Below are positions 61,309 to 64,000 of a stretch of 64,000 nucleotides of DNA, piece after piece. The notes beneath the pieces are model-generated. The model did not search any database, was not told the origin of the DNA, and was given only the letters and a program-made list of their open reading frames with translations. Numbering within the stretch: position 1 is the first letter of the stretch; every line of letters starts with the position of its first letter. The translations under genes were made by a program, and so were the position numbers. The stretch is from Macrostomum hystrix (Eukaryota; Animalia; Platyhelminthes), in assembly GCA_950097015.1 (NCBI GenBank), contig CATNEN010000026.1, positions 806,001-870,000 on the forward strand, read 5' to 3'.

Positions 61309-62370
61309 AAGAAAAATATGCACAAATGCTTTAGAACTTATCTTAAGAAAAATATTTTTTTATGCTTGCTGTTTACTTATTTTACTCTAGTAGAATATCA
61401 ATACTAGTATTCAAGATGTCATTATAAAAACCATGAAGTGCAGGTTATTTATTCGAATGCATTGATGATTGACGATTTACGATTGCATGCTAGTATTTCC
61501 GCGCTGACGTCGTAATATGCAAATATACTAGACTATAATAATATATTATTTTCTACTTCATTGAACACAAAAAAATTGACATTAAGATTTGCCAAAGCCT
61601 GTTTAAAATATATATAACAATTTGATTTTGTTTACACTATAAGTTTACTTTAAAAAATACACAGGAAATAAATCCCACGTTACAAAAATCATTTAGATAT
61701 TATTGTTTTCGAAACATGCAATCGTAAACATGCAATTGTTTGTTCCGTTGTCTTAAGATACCGAGCGGTATCCTACAAAACACAAGAAATTCCACATCGA
61801 CTGGAAGCTTGTACTAGGCCTATGCATTATCATTATACAATAAAAAATGTCAACTTTTTCTTTTGCATTATACTTTGGGTTAAAGTTATAATTTTATTTT
61901 TAACATTATATCAAGACTAGAGGTTTTACTGTATCAACTGGATAATACTGCACTCAATAGCTACAGCATGTTTTGTTTGTTGTCAGTCATGAATTACCAT
62001 AATATAAATTGGTAGGTCTTGCCATCTTGGTCATGACAAGACAGTTCAATTGAACAATTTGCAGGATTTGCTATGGTGTGTTTACATATTAAAAGCATGA
62101 TAAAAGCGACCAGGTAGACTCTGAACTGGACCCAGTTAAAATAATTGACATAGTAACCATTGAAATAAATAGTTATATTATAATTTTGCTAACTCTACTT
62201 GCAAAACCAACTCTTTTTGCTAGACTTAATGGCAAATTGTGCAAACTCCATAGTTTGTAGCATTAATTTTTTTAATTTGAACTGGCACTAAATCTGTTAT
62301 TGCACAGTATAATTTTTTACTATTTAGGAGTTTAGGAGTTGGACACAACTAGGATACGCCTATTGTTTTA

Positions 62371-63622
62371 TCTATATATATAAAAGTGAAAACTCTGTCT
62401 GTCTGTGTGTGTGCAACCTTTTGTCTTTATAGACGCCGAAACCGCTCAACCAAATCGCACCAAACTTTGCACATACCTAAAACCACCTACGCTGAGTGCA
62501 ATAGGCTACTCAAATTCCCGAAAAATCATTTCCTTCCTGCTCAAAAGTGCAAAAAACTGCTCAAAAATCGTCAAAAAATCACTCAATTCGACATATCGTC
62601 GCCCCACTTTGTCAGATTTTCTCCAAATTTGATCCACTTACACTTTACATGTTTTCCAACAATGCTATCAATTTTGAACATCTCTACTCAATCCAGAGCA
62701 AAGCTGCATCATCTCAAAGTGAGTCACTTTGTTTTCCGAGGACAGCCACCCCAACTCCCCTCCGCCACTCTGCGGGCCAAATTTTATTACAGCCACCCCC
62801 TCCCTTCCCCGGGCGCCGAAGCCCCAGACTGTACATTGTATTTCAAGCCGTGAATGTACACAGCCCAAACCCTTAGACTGTCTACTGGCCCCCAAGCAGC
62901 ACTGAGACTGAGTGCGGTGAGTGCGGTGGCGTCCCAGTGCGCAGGGCTCTCCGGTCGATATTTCTCTCCAGCCAGCCTGGGATAGAAGAAAGAGAGAGGC
63001 TGGCGTTGACTGGCTGTCAGAGAGGGCAATTCTGTGTCCTAGAAATGATGCCGCCAACGAAATTAACTACCAACTGCTTCAGGAGTTGCCAGGTGCAGTT
63101 TTCACCTACAAGTCAATTGATACAACGTTGACTGATGACACCGCTGTGGAGTATCCTGTTGAGTTTCTGAACTCTCTAGATCCTCCTGGAACTCCATCGC
63201 ACAACTTGCAGCTGAAAGTTGGGGCACCAATTATGCTCCTCCGCAACCTGAATGCGCCAAGGCTGTGTAACGGCACCAGACTGATAGTCAGGCGGCTCTT
63301 CCCACACGTGATTGAGGCCACGATAATGACTGGATCTGGCAGAGGAGAGTCTGTGTTCGTTCCCCGGATTCCAATTATCCCCACGGACCTGCCATTTCAG
63401 TTCAAGCGACTGCAGTTCCCTGTGAGAGTGTGCTTTGCGATGACTATTAACAAGGCTCAGGGACAGTCGCTGAAGGTGGCTGGCATCAACCTGGAGACTC
63501 CTTGCTTCTCGCATGGGCAGCTTTATGTCGCCTGCTCCCGTGTTGGAACTCCAGCTGGCCTATTCATTTTCGCACCAAGGGGAAGAACGAAGAATGTGCT
63601 GTATCCCCAGGCCTTGAGGTGA
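62371..63622 (+). mobile_element. Internally deleted Helitron: 5' TC terminus plus the C-terminal fragment of the PIF1-like helicase of RepHel
   Basis: A|TCTATATATATAAAA...CTGTCTGTCTGTG at 62371 is a typical Helitron 5' end. ERAILCPRN, HNLQLKVGAPIMLLRNLNAPRLCNGTRL and FPVRVCFAMTINKAQGQSL..GINL...FSHGQLYVACSRV are Helitron PIF1 motifs. There is no Rep domain and no ATG (the ORF-track start is GTG). The 3' CTRR end was not found. Confidence 0.9.
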
Positions 63623-64000
63623 CTCGCAAGCAATTAATAGAAAAGTAGTCACGAATTGACCTTGACCTGTCTAACTCTGAACTCTGAAACAGTTTAATTT
63701 TGTTTCTTTGACATTGTTATTGTTATGCCATGGCTATTTTCCTTATGTATACGCGTGTACATGCATACTGTAAACAGAGGCAGATTTAGGGGGGGCGGGG
63801 GGGGCAGTCACCCCCCTAAATTTTAATCATGGGAATAAGATGCCCCCACCAGGGGCGCCAGTCGCAGCACTGGCGCCCCTTTTTCAGCCGCTGGCTCCCG
63901 TTTTTCAGCCGCTGGCGCCTTTTCTTGGCTCCTGGCGCCCTTTTTCAGCCGCTGGCACCCCCTCTGTGATTCTCTTACTTACTTACTTACTTTGCAGGGG

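Noticed and set aside
49293-61407. Long ORFs (THSL, YSST/PTPL, FPESFTAL/NDSGKG, PSLHQSV repeats)
   Set aside because: All are read-throughs of micro- or minisatellites, with no splice or domain evidence.
63852-63884. Rho-independent terminator
   Set aside because: The shape fits, but the DNA is eukaryotic and no bacterial genes are present; recorded only as a hairpin.
1-64000. Prokaryotic defence system, operon or prophage
   Set aside because: Spliced metazoan genes, SINEs and satellites throughout; no bacterial gene organisation is seen.

Overview
This is eukaryotic (animal) genomic DNA. GC-rich exons with homopolymeric amino-acid tracts, short introns and heavy minisatellite load suggest a free-living flatworm such as Macrostomum, but that is inference and not verified. 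From left to right: a frameshifted Ty3/Gypsy LTR-retrotransposon (minus, ~1-3000); an intronless 700-aa ORF I cannot assign to any family (3657-5759, minus), preceded by an 81-bp hairpin; a PRA1-family gene (ARL6IP5/PRAF-like); a 4-exon ASZ1/GASZ-like gene; an intronless divergent Sox gene; a 6-exon tetraspanin; a ~17-exon SOGA/MTCL-family coiled-coil gene lying head-to-head with a 4-exon SKI/SnoN gene; a ~16-kb stretch with no recognisable gene that is dominated by tandem repeats; and an internally deleted Helitron at the right end. Interspersed are six copies of a tRNA-derived SINE, two MITEs (hAT-type with an 8-bp TSD, and one with a TA TSD) and more than a dozen mini/microsatellite arrays, which account for most of the long spurious ORFs in the track. 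The best novelty candidate is the 3.6-6.3 kb module. It combines the orphan ORF with a hairpin capped by GCGAAGC that contains two symmetric tandem G-A mismatch motifs, features that stabilise single-stranded DNA, plus a shortened second copy of the same palindrome. This could be an endogenous viral or rolling-circle element, but no database or structure search was run, so it remains a hypothesis.
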